Below, piece after piece: positions 1 through 12,658 of a DNA stretch of 64,000 nt. Within the stretch, counting starts at the first letter, position 1. Every line of letters begins with the position of its first letter. The position numbers were made by a program, and so were the translations under genes. This DNA comes from Macrostomum lignano (Eukaryota), in the NCBI GenBank assembly GCA_002269645.1, contig NIVC01002790.1:1-64000 (forward strand), in the 5' to 3' direction. Under the pieces are notes generated by a model. The model made no database searches, was not told the DNA's origin, and worked only from the letters and a program-made list of their open reading frames with translations.

Positions 1-4
1 TTAC

Positions 5-3000
5 CATTGATGTCATTAGCAACCGTTTTCTGCTGCTGCAAGCGAGGCTGCGCCAAGGACGCTGGTGGAGCTTTATTAGCTGCAGCTTTTTTAGCTTCCA
101 TCTCTTGTCTGCGACGTTCTAAGAACTGCTTAACCTTGGCTGGGTCTACCCAGCCTGAGCTACCAGTGCGCACATTTGAGGCTGCTTGGCTGGGTTTCTC
201 CTGCACAAATGGGGTGAGATAGAATTGGTTTGATGTTTAATTTGAAAACAGCTTCTCATATTACTAAAAGTAGTTGGCACTTTTTTAAATAATGGACATG
301 GGAGTAAAAGGTTCATGTCTCACCTTCTAAATCCAAATAAAAATTCTACTTCTGTCCCTAAGACTATAAATAACATGATAGATATAATATTCTAGTTTCT
401 ATTGTAATGACCTTGTATTAAACTTTCGCGAACTTTCCATATTCAGCAAAAACATTATTCTCGAAATATCCGCGTAAATAGCACTTTAATATTAGGAAAT
501 TTAAACTCCCACGCACACATTTCCTTGATTATAGAATGTTCCACGAAGCAGTCTATAAAAGTCCCTCTTTTACTCTTCTTTACTCCCCTTAGCTGAACAT
601 TATTAAAGAATAACCAGTGGTTATTCTTTTTTTTAATCGCTGAGCGATTTTTTGTTACGAGCTATAATTGACTAGTTTCAGCGATTTTTTTAATTGCACT
701 TGTGCACTGTGCGTGTGCAGCAACATTTTGTATTTTCCTACGTCTCTTGTGTTATGTTCAAGGTTGCTATTGTTTCAGTGAGACTAAATTGTTAAAATAT
801 AACAGAATCAGAAGAAAGGTATTAACTTCTTTGCTGCTCATATTTAACTATCGATATCTACTTTCTATGTTGTTGAATTGCTAATATATATTTGGCGCAA
901 TAATTTTTAGCTACTCGCGTTTTCTTTCAGCCAGAGCACCTACACTATGACTGCTAGCACTAGCAGGAAAACTGCCTTTGATGCTAAATGGATCGAGCAA
1001 CTTGATGCTGCTTCCTGGCTGCGTTCTTGTACAGCAGAGCACAAAGCATTCTGTGCAGCCTGTAATGTAAAACTGAATGTTGCATCAGGCGGCATTTCTG
1101 TGGTGAAGGCCCACGCAAAGACAGCCAAGCACAATACCAACTTAGCTAGCCTGCAAAATACTAAGCCAATGGTACAGTTTGTGCAGCAGCGGCATCGTGA
1201 AGCAAGCAATGATCAACGAAAAGCAACCGTTACCAAATCTGAGGTCATTTGGACATGGAACGCGGCCTTTAAGTCGAAGTCTTTTGCTGGAAAAGAATCA
1301 TCTGAGTTGTTTCAGGCTATGTTTACAGATTCTAGGATTGCCAATGATTTTAGCTGTGCAAGGACAAAAACGTCTTACGTATTGAACCATGCCATTGCGC
1401 CCTATGTCAAACAAAAATCACCAAAGCAGTGCTGCAGGCTGGATTCTATTCGGTTAGTTTTAACGAAAGTGATGGCCGCATGATGCTATGTATCCGCTAC
1501 CTACAGGAGGGACAAATTTTAATGGAGATTCTGGACTTCGTAACAATGGAATCGTTTGATGCCGAATCATGTGCCAGTTTGATCTATCAGTGCATCCTAG
1601 ATCATGGTCTGCCTTTTTGCAAGTGGATCGGCGACTTCTCCGACAAACTGCAATGTTATGCGGGGCGTCTACTCGGGAGTCATTAAGTGCCTCCGAGATA
1701 AGCCTGAGCTGAAGCATCTTGTTGATACTGGTGACTGCACATTGCATGTAGTTGCCAATGCCGCTCAAATTGCAGTTGAATTGCATTTTCCGACAGCCGC
1801 TTCATTCTGTGAAGATATTCAAGGCTGTTTCACCCGGAGTGGAAAGCACTCAAAGGAGATAGAAGATCTCCAGAAGACAATAAGCATGACAAGGCACACA
1901 TTTCTGCGGAACGTAGAAACGCGCTGGCTAAGTCTATTGCAATGTCTGCTACGAATCAAGGAGCAATGGAATGTGTTTGCTGTCTACTTCCGCAATCGAG
2001 AAGGTTCAACTAATGCACAATTGTGAATCCAGCAGGCAATTGAAGACCCAGTAACACTTCCAGCGATTAATTTCATCATCCATGTTCTACATCTGCTTGA
2101 AAAGTACGAGATAACGTTTCAGCAGCGTGACAGTGCTGGTCCACTGCATCTATCGAAAAAGTCAGCTGCTTCTGGAGTCCGTTGCGGTTCAATTCATTCA
2201 GCCAGCTGCTATCAAGGAGAAGATTATCCAGAAAGTGGACTTTAGGAGCTCTGCCATTCAACTCCCGTTTGATGAAATAATGGTGGGTTCCAAAGCGAAG
2301 GACCTGCTTGGCAATGGTCCAAGTGCTAGACCGCAACTATTCGCCTTCAAGCAGGTGTACGTCAGCCTGGCTATGTACTTGAAGAAACATTTGCTGTTCG
2401 CCTCAAGGATTTTGAGGAGCCTGACATTTTTAGATATGTCCCTTCCCATTGAGGAAAAAAGTGTTCTTTATATAGCTAACAGCCTGCCGGAAGCCATTCC
2501 ACCCAGCGAGATTGACCAGCTAGCAACGGAAGTCCACCTCTTCAACCTGAGGCAGATGCAGACAACTCAGGCAATAACAGTGAAGGCTTTGCCAATGGAA
2601 TGGCATACAATTTCTCTGTCGGCAGACTTTCCGCTGCTTGGCCACCTTGGCATTGCTTGCTGCACGCTTTTTCAAATGCAGACTGCGAGTGGCACATTGG
2701 AAAGTCGAATGACATTGATGCCTAGGAGAAGTGGAGAGCTTAACTCACTGTTGGCAAAGAGCTACTTGGCAGCTAGAAGGCTGAAACCAAGTACAGTTCC
2801 AATACCGGACAGCCTGTTGGATGCAGCATTGAATGCAAATGTGGAGTACAAGAAGCACTTGGCTGAGCAGCAAAGCCGAGAAGATGGACAATGAGCTGCA
2901 ACATCTGGCAGAGGAGGAGGCATGGCAAATTCAAGCAAAGGCTACGCAGGTATGTTGATGAAAATGAAGAGTTAGAACTCGGTTTTGCATCATATTGTTC

Positions 3001-5285
3001 ATTTTTATAACCCACGTCCTTAATCCTGAATCCAACGAAAATTTAAAAACTGTATGACCGCATTTGTCGCAGTGAATTAGAGCAGCTAGCTAGCCAGGAA
3101 AAGACAAACATAAGAAGAAAGACGAGGCACAACTGTGATGTTCTCAAGTGTAGCAACACATTGAGCATGCATTGATCAAACTTCAAAAGGCACAAGAAGC
3201 CAAGAAAGACTCCGCAGTTTGCTTATCTAGCTTCAGGTGCGACGGTTAGAAATCAAGCATAGCGCTGTTGAGTGCACTGTCAAAAGTGCTGCCGAAGAGG
3301 TGGCTAAACAGAAGCGGCAAGCTGAGTACACTGCTCTGTCGTGACTGCCAAAAGTTCCAAAGAAGAAAAATTAAGGCCCATGAACCAAGTGGCATTATGA
3401 TTGCTACAAATTGTTACAATTTAATACATGTTTGATTGCTGTACTTTTTTATTTATTAACAACACTTTATACTTTGACTGACCAATGACTAGATTTTGCT
3501 GACGAAAAGTTAATCAAATAATTTTTCATTATTTCTTCTGTTAAGTTTCTAAATCTTTTGGTTGACATTGACAATAAATATAAAGGCAGAACACAATTAG
3601 TGCACAATACGATGATTAGTGAGCTTCAAAATTAGCTGCGATTTTTTAGTTCCCTGCATTTTTTTGAGCCAAGTATTGGTGGCAACACTGAAACCACCTT
3701 CTGCCTAATTTATTTAAATTGCTACACTATCATATGATTCATATGATCATATGATGAGTTTAGTAGAAAAGAAAGAGTACCATTCTTTTCAAATTGTTCA
3801 TTAAACTATTTTTTAAATGTTTTTTTGCATTTTTTCCAAATGAAAGCAGATTTTAGCATGTTTGGACATTTCCCAAGCTATTAAAACAGTAAAATTAACA
3901 ACTTTGTTTTTTAAACACTTTTTTATCTTTAGCAATTCCTAACGATTCCTAACAATTTGAGGGTAGCCTCCTAGCATGGTGTTGATAGATTTAATGGTTG
4001 GTTAATGGCTTTAGCATGAACTAATTAGCAGCAAGAAGTGCTTAGACTTCTCTTTCCTAGCATTGAAAAAATAGTTTAACCAATTTATCCCTTTGGGCTA
4101 TAGACATTACAAACAAGCAAGAATGCCATATCAGACAACACATGTCAGATTTCTATCCTTAAAAAATTTGTACTTTCTGTTTTGCAATTTAGCATTGTAC
4201 TTTTCAGTTAGTCAACTCCCTTTGACTACCACATTCTTTCCCACAGACAATCCTAGTTATTAATTTATCATAGATATTTCAACTAACCTGTTTATTATGT
4301 TAGTATGAATACAAGTTTAACTTATAGCCTAGGCCCTTCACTACTTTTTTGCCCTACTCTAGAGACAAAAAAACAATTATATAATTATTGGAATAGCTAG
4401 GCCAGCTAATAGTTAAGCCAAGTTTTACTTGTTGCTTATCTATTTTTGGTATTCATTAGCATGCTCTTAGCTAATATATTTTTTCCTCTAGTATACACTG
4501 CTACTATTATATGATCTAAACAGATTAGACCTAGGTGTGAGAATTACATTATTGTTTCTTGTTTAATTGGATTTTGTTTTGTTTTCAAGAAATTTGACAT
4601 ATGATTTAGTATAATGAACAAGAGTGTCTCAGCTAGGGATTGCAAAATCCCAGTTTTTTGTTATCCCGGGATACTAGGATTTGATCTTAAAATTTGGCCA
4701 ATCCTAGGATTTAATCTTAGGATCAGAAAAATATAGATTTTTAAGCTTCTAGGTTGAAATTCTAAGGCAAAATATGCAATAAACTTATTTTTGCTTCCAT
4801 TTTTATTGTTATAGAAATAATTGTTTTTTGTAGATAAAAAATAATATTATATTGCAACATATTTAGGTAAGTAGACCTAGTATAAAAGTCTAATTAGTAG
4901 TAAAGAAGCTAATCATATATCAAAATTTATATTGGAATAAATTTCATAATTTAAATATATGATGCTAGGTTTTTAAAGGTGCCTTGTAACATAAGAAACT
5001 TTAATGAAAATTAGTGCAGTATAGGGCCTAATAAACTATGTGGGCCTAATTATGTTTATATTACAACACTATTACAATCTGTAGTCTCAGCCATATTTCA
5101 GTTGTAAGATTCAAAAATCAATAGTAGGCCTAAGAAAACCTTGAGAACAAAATTATTCCTAGACAATGGCATAAATATAATATAATCAATCTACTAACCT
5201 GAATGGCTTTGCTAGCTTTTTCAAGAGCCAGCTTTTGTTGCTCTACATTTCTTTGTGCATTTTCAAGAGCAAGTCGATAATCCAT
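5..5285 (-). CDS. 5' part of a spliced gene, possibly SPT2/SPTY2D1-like histone chaperone (exons 5285..5199 and 200..5; continues beyond window start)
   Basis: Exon 1 MDYRLALENAQRNVEQQKLALEKASKAIQ ends CAG|GTTAGT. Exon 2 starts after TGTGCAG and reads EKPSQAASNVRTGSSGWVDPAKVKQFLERRRQEMEAKK..., ending at G|GTAA. The phase-0 join is consistent. Similarity to the SPT2 N-terminus (MDF..L..A, then V..FL.R+.EE) is from memory and weak. Confidence 0.4.
615..3690 (+). mobile_element. Degenerate hAT DNA transposon
   Basis: Right TIR GGTGGCAACACTG at 3678..3690 (reverse complement CAGTGTTGCCACC, hAT-type). AGCGATTTTT subterminal motifs lie near 640-690. The left TIR is disrupted and no TSD was found. 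Confidence 0.7.
947..3374 (+). pseudogene. hAT transposase pseudogene (several frameshifts and stops)
   Basis: N-terminal Zn finger (W...FCAAC...AH...KH), FSCARTKTSY, C2H motif DCTLHVVANA and ETRWLSL. SNADCE of the dimerisation domain sits in a shifted frame near 2670-2690. The 3' limit is approximate. Confidence 0.8.
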
Positions 5286-7254
5286 AGTGCAGAATGCAAA
5301 ATAAATGTGTTGGTTGCAGAGAAAAATAATTAGGCCTGTGTGTATGCTCACTTAAAAAGTTTCTAAGCCTAGATGCACTAGGCTACACTAACACAATATG
5401 ATTTAAGTTGATTTAATTTAAGATTCAGTTTTTTGGACAATTTTAATTAGGTTTTTGTACAGGAAAATTTAAAATCTCAAGAACTGATTTAGCTCTTTAC
5501 AAATTCGCCGAAATAAACTTAAGAAAGTAGTGTTGTAGTGGTGATTTATAGATTTAAGCAATGAATCTGTTGACCAGCTAATATGAAGTCAAAACTAATA
5601 TATTGCGATATAAAGCTAAATACTGATGAATGAAAGTCAAAGAGAATGAAACGAAAATGTAACTGAGAACGGGAGCATTTAAGTCTCAAGAGAGTTAAGC
5701 GTTCGCTAGGCTAAGACGGTTAAGACGGTCATATCTGATAGAACCCACACACAAAACAAACCGGGGGTTACTTAAAGTAAGCGAAGAACGAAAATTTAAA
5801 GTTTCGACGACACTTAATACCAGTTTTAACAAGAAAAATATCTATGTCGATTTCAGGAACATAACCCAGATATACTATAACTGGATTTGTAATGACGTTA
5901 AATAAAAAAGTTGATTTAAAAAAATGTCCTATAACCACAGTAATAGTTTTTCGCGATAAATCGAACCGTAGAAAGTAGTGTAATTACGATCTGTATATAG
6001 CTAAGTCTGCAGCTGTCAATTTACGTGTACGTACACGTAGTCGTAGACGTAATATTTACATGCATAAGCCATAGGTATTTTAAACTATAATGAGGCTGCT
6101 CTACGCAAGTATAATGCTTACAAGAATTGCAGTTTTTTTCTTGCATACTCTGTTATAATTTTTTTCGGAGATTATAAAATTCACAAATATTTTATAAATT
6201 ACAAATATAGGCCTAAGGTTATCTCGTCTCGAATCTGAGACAAGATCTAAAAAATATTTCGAAAATTCGAACTTTCGGAATTTAGGAAATTTCGAATTCT
6301 ACTCTCAGGTGTTAGGCCCTACTGTGCAGCGCCACTTATAGTTACCCATCCTAAGTAATGTGTAGGCCCTACTCTTTATGATGGTATTTATTATTATTTA
6401 TTGACATTGACAGTACATCAGTACCTGGCTATAGGCCCTAAGTTGGCTAGGCCTAGGCCTAACCAAGTTGGGCCATGTCTCTAGACTAAGTATTTATTTA
6501 AATTAAAGCCAAAAGGAATTTAACTTAATCTGAATAGTAAGCCTTGCACTAGGAAATTAGGCCCAATATAAAACAATTTTTAAAAAGAAGCTATTGAGCT
6601 TAATTTAGTATGTTGAATGTATTAGGCTAGCTTTGCCTTTATGCTTTAGATTTATATAATATAGGGCCTACTTGAAATATGTTTGAAGAGACCGATGCAT
6701 AACCATAATATTATTTAGGTATAGGTATCTGGCTACTATAGTCACTTTGATAATAAGACATTTTAGGGATGGACACTTTGGCAACTAGACATTTTGACAA
6801 CAAGATTATGCCATTTGATAAATTCTCCAAATAAATCAGTTTGATAAATAAAAATGCAACTACTGTATACCAGCGGTTAGTCTCCCTAAATTTAATTATC
6901 CCACCGCTGATGATACTAAGTTGTCGCAGGCCTTCTGGCTCTCTCTATTTAATTCTAAAGTTTAATCACTGAACTGTACTAAATCTGCTAAGTTTGCTAT
7001 TTCTAAGAACCCTATTTCTATACTTACATGCACTTTTATGTTATGGGCTATCGTCGCTACAAATTACCCTTGGTAGCTTCAGTGCCCGAGCGGCAAGACA
7101 CTACTGTCTACTGCTAAATTCTTAAAATTATCCAGTCCAAACATGGCATTTACTACAGACTAAGGGGTTTCCGGCTTCTTTAAGTACTGTCTCGCACGAC
7201 TTAGAACTGCATCACGCTAGGCCTAATTTGGAGCAGCCTGAATATTTTCCTTTC

Positions 7255-7360
7255 CTGGGTAATCCAACCTTTACACTGGGTATTTCACCCTCTATACTGG
7301 GTATTCCACCCTTTTACTGGGTATTCCACCCTTTTACTGGGTATTCCACCCTCTTACTGG
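7255..7360. repeat. Short tandem array, ~20-bp unit ACTGGGTATTCCACCCTTTT, ~5 copies
   Basis: Directly visible repeat units. Confidence 0.8.
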
Positions 7361-8000
7361 GCACAACGCTTGACCATCAATCTCTGCTTTGACAAAACAC
7401 TTTTAATTCTATCTAACACGGTAACTTAGCTTGCAATACTGCTTCAAATAACTAATTTAGAAGAACCAAGAAATCTTAATTTCCTGTTAACTGAGTTAGA
7501 AACCCGAAAGGTTGAGGTTAAAGAAAATGTTCTAGCTTCACCTTATATTTATACTAGTCAAAGTCTTTCCTTATTGGTTCGCGCTACAACATTAAAACAA
7601 ATTCATTCGCTTCGCTACAACAAAAATTATTCAATAAAACAAATTTGTAAATTAAAACAAATGATACAGCACTTGTTATTTTGGCAGGAATTTGATTTCG
7701 CAGGAAAATACTAATTTAAATATAGGCCCTTCTATAGTTGGCTTCCCTGAATATTATTTTGTGAATTTTTAAGTGAGCAAAATGATAATAATAGTAGTAT
7801 ACAATAATGGAAAAACACAACAATACATAATCAAAAAAACTAAGCAATGTATTAATGGCACAAATGGCGCAATAGAAAAGCACTGAGTCACAAGTATACC
7901 TAGCAATTATTCACCAAAGAAAATAAGTATGTTCGCATAAAATATAAATTGGGCATGCAACACTTAACTAGTTCAGAAAATAAGCAATTTTTAAAGTCTA

Positions 8001-9343
8001 TGAGGTGTATTCAAAAAGTTCTTTTCGGTGCCCTACAAAACTGAACACAAAACAACTGGAACTATGAAAACACTGTTAGATTGCTTAACATGATTCTGTC
8101 ACTCAACATATTCACCGCCAATGTCTTTGCACTTCTGCCAGCAATTTACCAGGCCTCTGATTCCGGAACTCACACCACTCGCGTCCGTTTGGCAAACAGC
8201 TTGATTGCATGCAGCTTCGATGTGCTCGACGCTGTCAAATCGAATGCCCCGAAGGTGCTTCTTCACAGATGGAAATAAGAAGTCGCACGGCGACAAATCA
8301 GGCGAATAGGGTAGATGTTGGAGCACTTCCCAGCCCCATTTGCTCAGGAGTTCCACGACGTTGTGCTTGCGATGTGCTGGCGCATTGTCGTGCAGCAGGA
8401 TCACGCCAGATTCCAGCAGACCAGGGCGCTTCTTTCGTATTGCTGGGCGCAGCTTCTCCTGCAGAATCCACTTGTAGTAGTCCCCATTGACGGTGGTTCC
8501 TTGTGGGACTGCCCAGTTCAGCAGGATTCCTTGGGAATCAAAAAACATGACGTGCATTATCTTTATCGCGCCCTGCTTCCTGATGGCCTTCTGAGGTCTT
8601 GGAGAATGTGCTGGAAGCCATTCGGCAGACTGGGCCTTTGTCTCAGGATCCCGGCTATAAACCCACGTCTCGTCTCCAGCAACAATTCTTGATAGAAAAT
8701 CCTCCCCTTCTCAATGGAACCGACGCAGGTGGCTGCTTGAAGCCAGAGTTCGCTGCATCTTTTGCTCACCTGTCAGCAGGTGTGGCACCCACTTGCAGAA
8801 CTTTTTCTGTAGGAGAAGACACTCAGTCAAAATAGCGTGGACGCTTCCTACTGACACACCAACATCTTCTGCCAACTCTTCGCAAGTCCGTCGCCGATCA
8901 TCATCCAAGAGCTCTTGCACTTTCTTCACAACAGTCTCTTTGGTTGCAGTCATCGGCCTTCCAGAGTGGCCATTGTCCTCAACGCTCTCTCTTCCCTCAG
9001 CGAACAGCCGGTACCATTTTTGAACTGTCTGCTCAGTTGGTGCACAGTTGCCAAGCACTTGCTAAAGCTCCCTAAACATATCCGGTGGCTTTTTTCTTTG
9101 TAGAAACTGAAACTTCATCAAGCTTCGAACGTCTTGCTTTGAAAATGATTCAGCCATGGCCAAGAAATTGAGTGGCAGCTGATAGAAATGTTCGCTGCTC
9201 TAACATAGTTGCAAACTGAGACTTAAAACCCTAGGAACGTTTAGGCCATAGACATAACTTGGTAAAATCGCTAAAATTCTGTTTACAACGCTTTCTAAAA
9301 ATAAATGCCAAAGGACTGAAAAGAACTTTTTGAATAAACCTTG
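8001..9343 (-). mobile_element. Full-length mariner element, 1343 bp
   Basis: ~26-bp TIRs (TGAGGTGTATTCAAAAAGTTCTTTTC and its near-perfect inverse), flanked by TA at 7999-8000 and 9344-9345. Confidence 0.92.
8099..9157 (-). pseudogene. Mariner D,D34D transposase, single frame of 353 codons with two premature stops
   Basis: Starts MAESFSKQDVRSLMKF. Motifs WVPHLL, GDETW, HDNA and YSPDLSPCDF are present. In-frame TAG at 9064..9062 and TGA at 8713..8711. Confidence 0.92.
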
Positions 9344-9674
9344 TAGTTCACAAAGAACAAGTACAGAAACTTCAAGCAAATAAGAGCAAAAAACATTGGT
9401 ACAGAAATTCACACAAAGAAAAATAGCATTGTCATAAAATTCATGCTAAATAAAACAGATTCACAGAAAAAAGTAGCACTAGCACAAGTAATTCGTACAA
9501 AAAAATAGTATTCACGCAATTAAAAGCAATTCACAAAGAAAAATAGCACTAGCATAGAAATTTATGCAAATAGAAGTAAGTTCACAATTGCAAAAGTTAA
9601 TTTACTTAATTACGCTTGAGTTCGAATTCCTCAGGCAGCTGATCGTGGTATGGCTAGCCAAGCTGATCCGCCAT

Positions 9675-10712
9675 CTAGCGGATCTCAATCTGTAGGAGTA
9701 GCCAATGATAGGTTTGCCCGGCCTGTGTCAGATCGTGCAGCGTGTTTTGGATTGCTCGGCGCCACACTGCGATTCTCGACTCCAGATAAAATTGCTGCAC
9801 CAGTAGACGCAGCACTGGTTTAGCCTGCGTGCACCGACATGGAGTTGGCCAATCTGTGCGTAGATACGCCATGCGCATCAGGTGCCCTTTCAACATCTTG
9901 ATAAAGTGTTTCAATTGGTCATGTTGAGCTCTCAGGATCCTGTCGAGCACAGCTAGGAAGTCAGAGCCTAGGCTGAGGTCTGCAGCGCTGGCTGACCCAC
10001 AAGCCGCTGCATCCTGTGGCCGCTTCGGGACCGTAGACGGCGCTGGCATTGGAGCTGCCATCAATTTTGGCGCAGGCTGCCCGCCGATTGCTGCTACTGC
10101 TGCCGCTGCGGCTGCTGGCCCTTGGCAGCCGGCTGCTGCTACTGCCGCTGCTGCTTGTTGTCCTTGCCCACCAACTGCTGCCGGCGGCCTCGGCTGAATC
10201 GGCCGGAATTGACTGGCGAGACAAATAGCGCTTTTAGCGCCTTGTGGCTGCTGCTGTATGATGGCCACAATGACAGGCACTGGCCTGTTGGCTTGATCGC
10301 TAAGCAGCTGCACTCGGGCCTTTGGGTCGTGTGGAACCAATGGCTGGTTCCCCAGGGCAGGCCGCTTAGCTGACTGTGCACCTTCTGTCTCAGTAGATGT
10401 CCTCTTGATAATCACCAACTTTAGCCGCTTGGTCGGGCAATCCTCTTCGTCCTCCGCCACCACGGTGCTGTTGTTGGGCATCACTGCCGTTACTGCTACC
10501 ATCACGGTGTCATCTCCTGATGACTTCATTATTGCTGCCATCACGGCGTTGTCACCTGACGTCTTTGCTGGTTCTGCTGCCATCACGGTGTTGTCTCCTG
10601 ATGTCTTTGCACTTGCACTTACTTCAATTTCCTCTACACTTCCTACCTCAATGTCAGCTAAAATCTTGTCTAAGATATCATCTTCTGCCATTATATCAAT
10701 CGTATCTTCCAT
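9675..10712 (-). CDS. Orphan intronless ORF, 345 aa from first ATG: acidic N-terminus, 14-aa internal repeats, Ala/Pro/Gln-rich middle
   Basis: Long stop-free frame with an upstream TATA box and two CCAAT boxes. No family recognised. Confidence 0.45.
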   Translation of the reverse strand: MEDTIDIMAEDDILDKILADIEVGSVEEIEVSASAKTSGDNTVMAAEPAKTSGDNAVMAAIMKSSGDDTVMVAVTAVMPNNSTVVAEDEEDCPTKRLKLVIIKRTSTETEGAQSAKRPALGNQPLVPHDPKARVQLLSDQANRPVPVIVAIIQQQPQGAKSAICLASQFRPIQPRPPAAVGGQGQQAAAAVAAAGCQGPAAAAAAVAAIGGQPAPKLMAAPMPAPSTVPKRPQDAAACGSASAADLSLGSDFLAVLDRILRAQHDQLKHFIKMLKGHLMRMAYLRTDWPTPCRCTQAKPVLRLLVQQFYLESRIAVWRRAIQNTLHDLTQAGQTYHWLLLQIEIR

Positions 10713-10810
10713 TACGGAACTATCACAATCCAACACAGTCAATCAATACCAAAACGGTTACTAGCTATCAACAGGACTATAATTGACTTCCAATCACCTC
10801 TGGGTGTTTG

Positions 10811-10962
10811 TTTATATAGGCGTGGCACCCCACCCCAGGCATTGTTTGTTTTAAATTGCCTATCAGTTCATTTAATCAAAAGCTGAATTTTCATTGGCTG
10901 ACTGCCCTGATTTCCCAGTTGACCACTCCTGGCCTTCCTAATAGCTGGCCTCTAATTGGCTG
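10811..10962 (-). promoter_or_regulatory. Putative Pol II promoter of the orphan ORF
   Basis: On the minus strand, TATATAAA at 10818..10811 and CAGCCAAT at 10900..10893 and 10962..10955. Confidence 0.4.
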
Positions 10963-11044
10963 TTTCGATTTCCTTCTCTCACCTAATGAAATCCCATTTG
11001 TTTGCTCGCTCCGTGCCTTACCCTGCTACTAATTCTTCCCTGAT

Positions 11045-12658
11045 TCAGAATTTCAGTCTCTCTAATAGGCTCCACACAGAGATTAGCCTTTTCAGATAGC
11101 ACTGACATCTGTTTAGGGGCTTGGTCTGACTGCGCGTGTAATAGCGTGCAAAGCGACTATAATAGTTACATAATCCTAGAAAGCTTTGTAATTCCTTCAC
11201 CTCCTTTGGCTTCGGCCAACTCTTAATAGCTTCTATTTTTGTCTCGTTGGTACTAATGCCTTCTCTACCGATTACATGGCCCAAGTATTTTAGCTCACTA
11301 TGGAATAAATTACATTTCATGGCTCTCAACTTTAGTCCTGCATTAATAAGTCTTTGGAAAACTTCCTTCAAATGCTCTAAATGCTCTTCAAATTGTATCA
11401 AATAGGTCACGATGTCATCTATGTACGACATGGCATATTTATGCTGAATGCCCGCCAATACAAGATTCATGAGCCTTTGAAAAGTGCCTGGCACATTAGA
11501 TAGACCTTGCGCCATCACCTGATACTCAAATTGCCCTCTAGTTAAAGTTGAAAATGCAGTCATGTGTTTATGCTCTTCCTTAATTGGAACCTGCCAATAA
11601 CCAGAATTTAGGTCAAGGCTACTAAAGTACTGACTGCCCATCAAATGCAAGAATGTTTTCTGAATATTAGGCAACGGATATGGGAAATAATTTACCCTAG
11701 AATTTAGTACTCTGAAATCACTCACAATGCAAATAGTACCATCCTTCTTGGGTACAATCACTAAGGGTGTTGAGTACATAGAGTAGCATGGTTGAATTAA
11801 ATTCTTAGCTAGCATGTCATCTAACTGAGCATCTACCTGCTTCTGAAGATGAGGGAGAATCCTTCTAGTCAGGATCCTTACAGGCATCTCATCCTTTAAT
11901 GAAATTTCATGCGTCACTAGCTGAGTTAGTCCCATATCCAATTCATTCTGCGAAAAGGCTTCACCGTGCTCTCTCATGAGCTGAATCACTATCTCCTTTT
12001 GCTCTTTTGTTAAATTCTTGCTAATATTAATTTCGCTAATCCAAGACTCATCATTAGATTGGGCCTGATTGACTCGCCCAGTAACTGGCTCTGGTTGATT
12101 TTTCTCACTAGTCAGATAGGTAAGTTCTCTAGCTCTCATTGGCTTGGCTAAACCTACTAGCGATGATTTTGGCAATTTAACTTCTACTGGACTCGAGTTC
12201 ACGACTTCCACTATAGCTACTCCTTCATGCATAGTCACTAGAGTTGGATTCATCTCTAAAATTTCCTCTCTTGCTCTCACGCCATTTCCATTTGTCTCAA
12301 TTGTCATCGGAGCTCCATAATTAGCTTCTGAGTTTTTTGCTAAGCGCACAGGAACTCGCAATGCACTGTTAGGTGGAATGACTGCCTTTTCCTGCATGTA
12401 CACTTGGCAAACCTTCAATGGAAGGTGGGTGTATTGCATAGGAATACATGTTCCTTCTTTCAAGATGAGCATACCTTTTGCTAGATGAATGCCCTCACAC
12501 TGTTCTAGGAAAAACTCCATTCCAAGTATGTTGTCACACTCGTGGCTACATAATAGGAAATCAATTTCGATCTCAAAGTCTCCGAATTTCACTACAGCAT
12601 GCACTTCGCCATCTAACTGAACTCTTGTTCTATCAAATGTGGAAACTCTCTTAAACAT
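11045..12658 (-). pseudogene. Truncated Ty3/gypsy pol fragment (C-terminal half of protease, RT, start of connection domain)
   Basis: Motifs ILGMEFF, LDLNSGYWQV, QGLSNVPGTFQRLM, SYIDD and FLGLCNYY. No catalytic DTG, RNase H core, integrase or LTR was seen. Confidence 0.88.
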
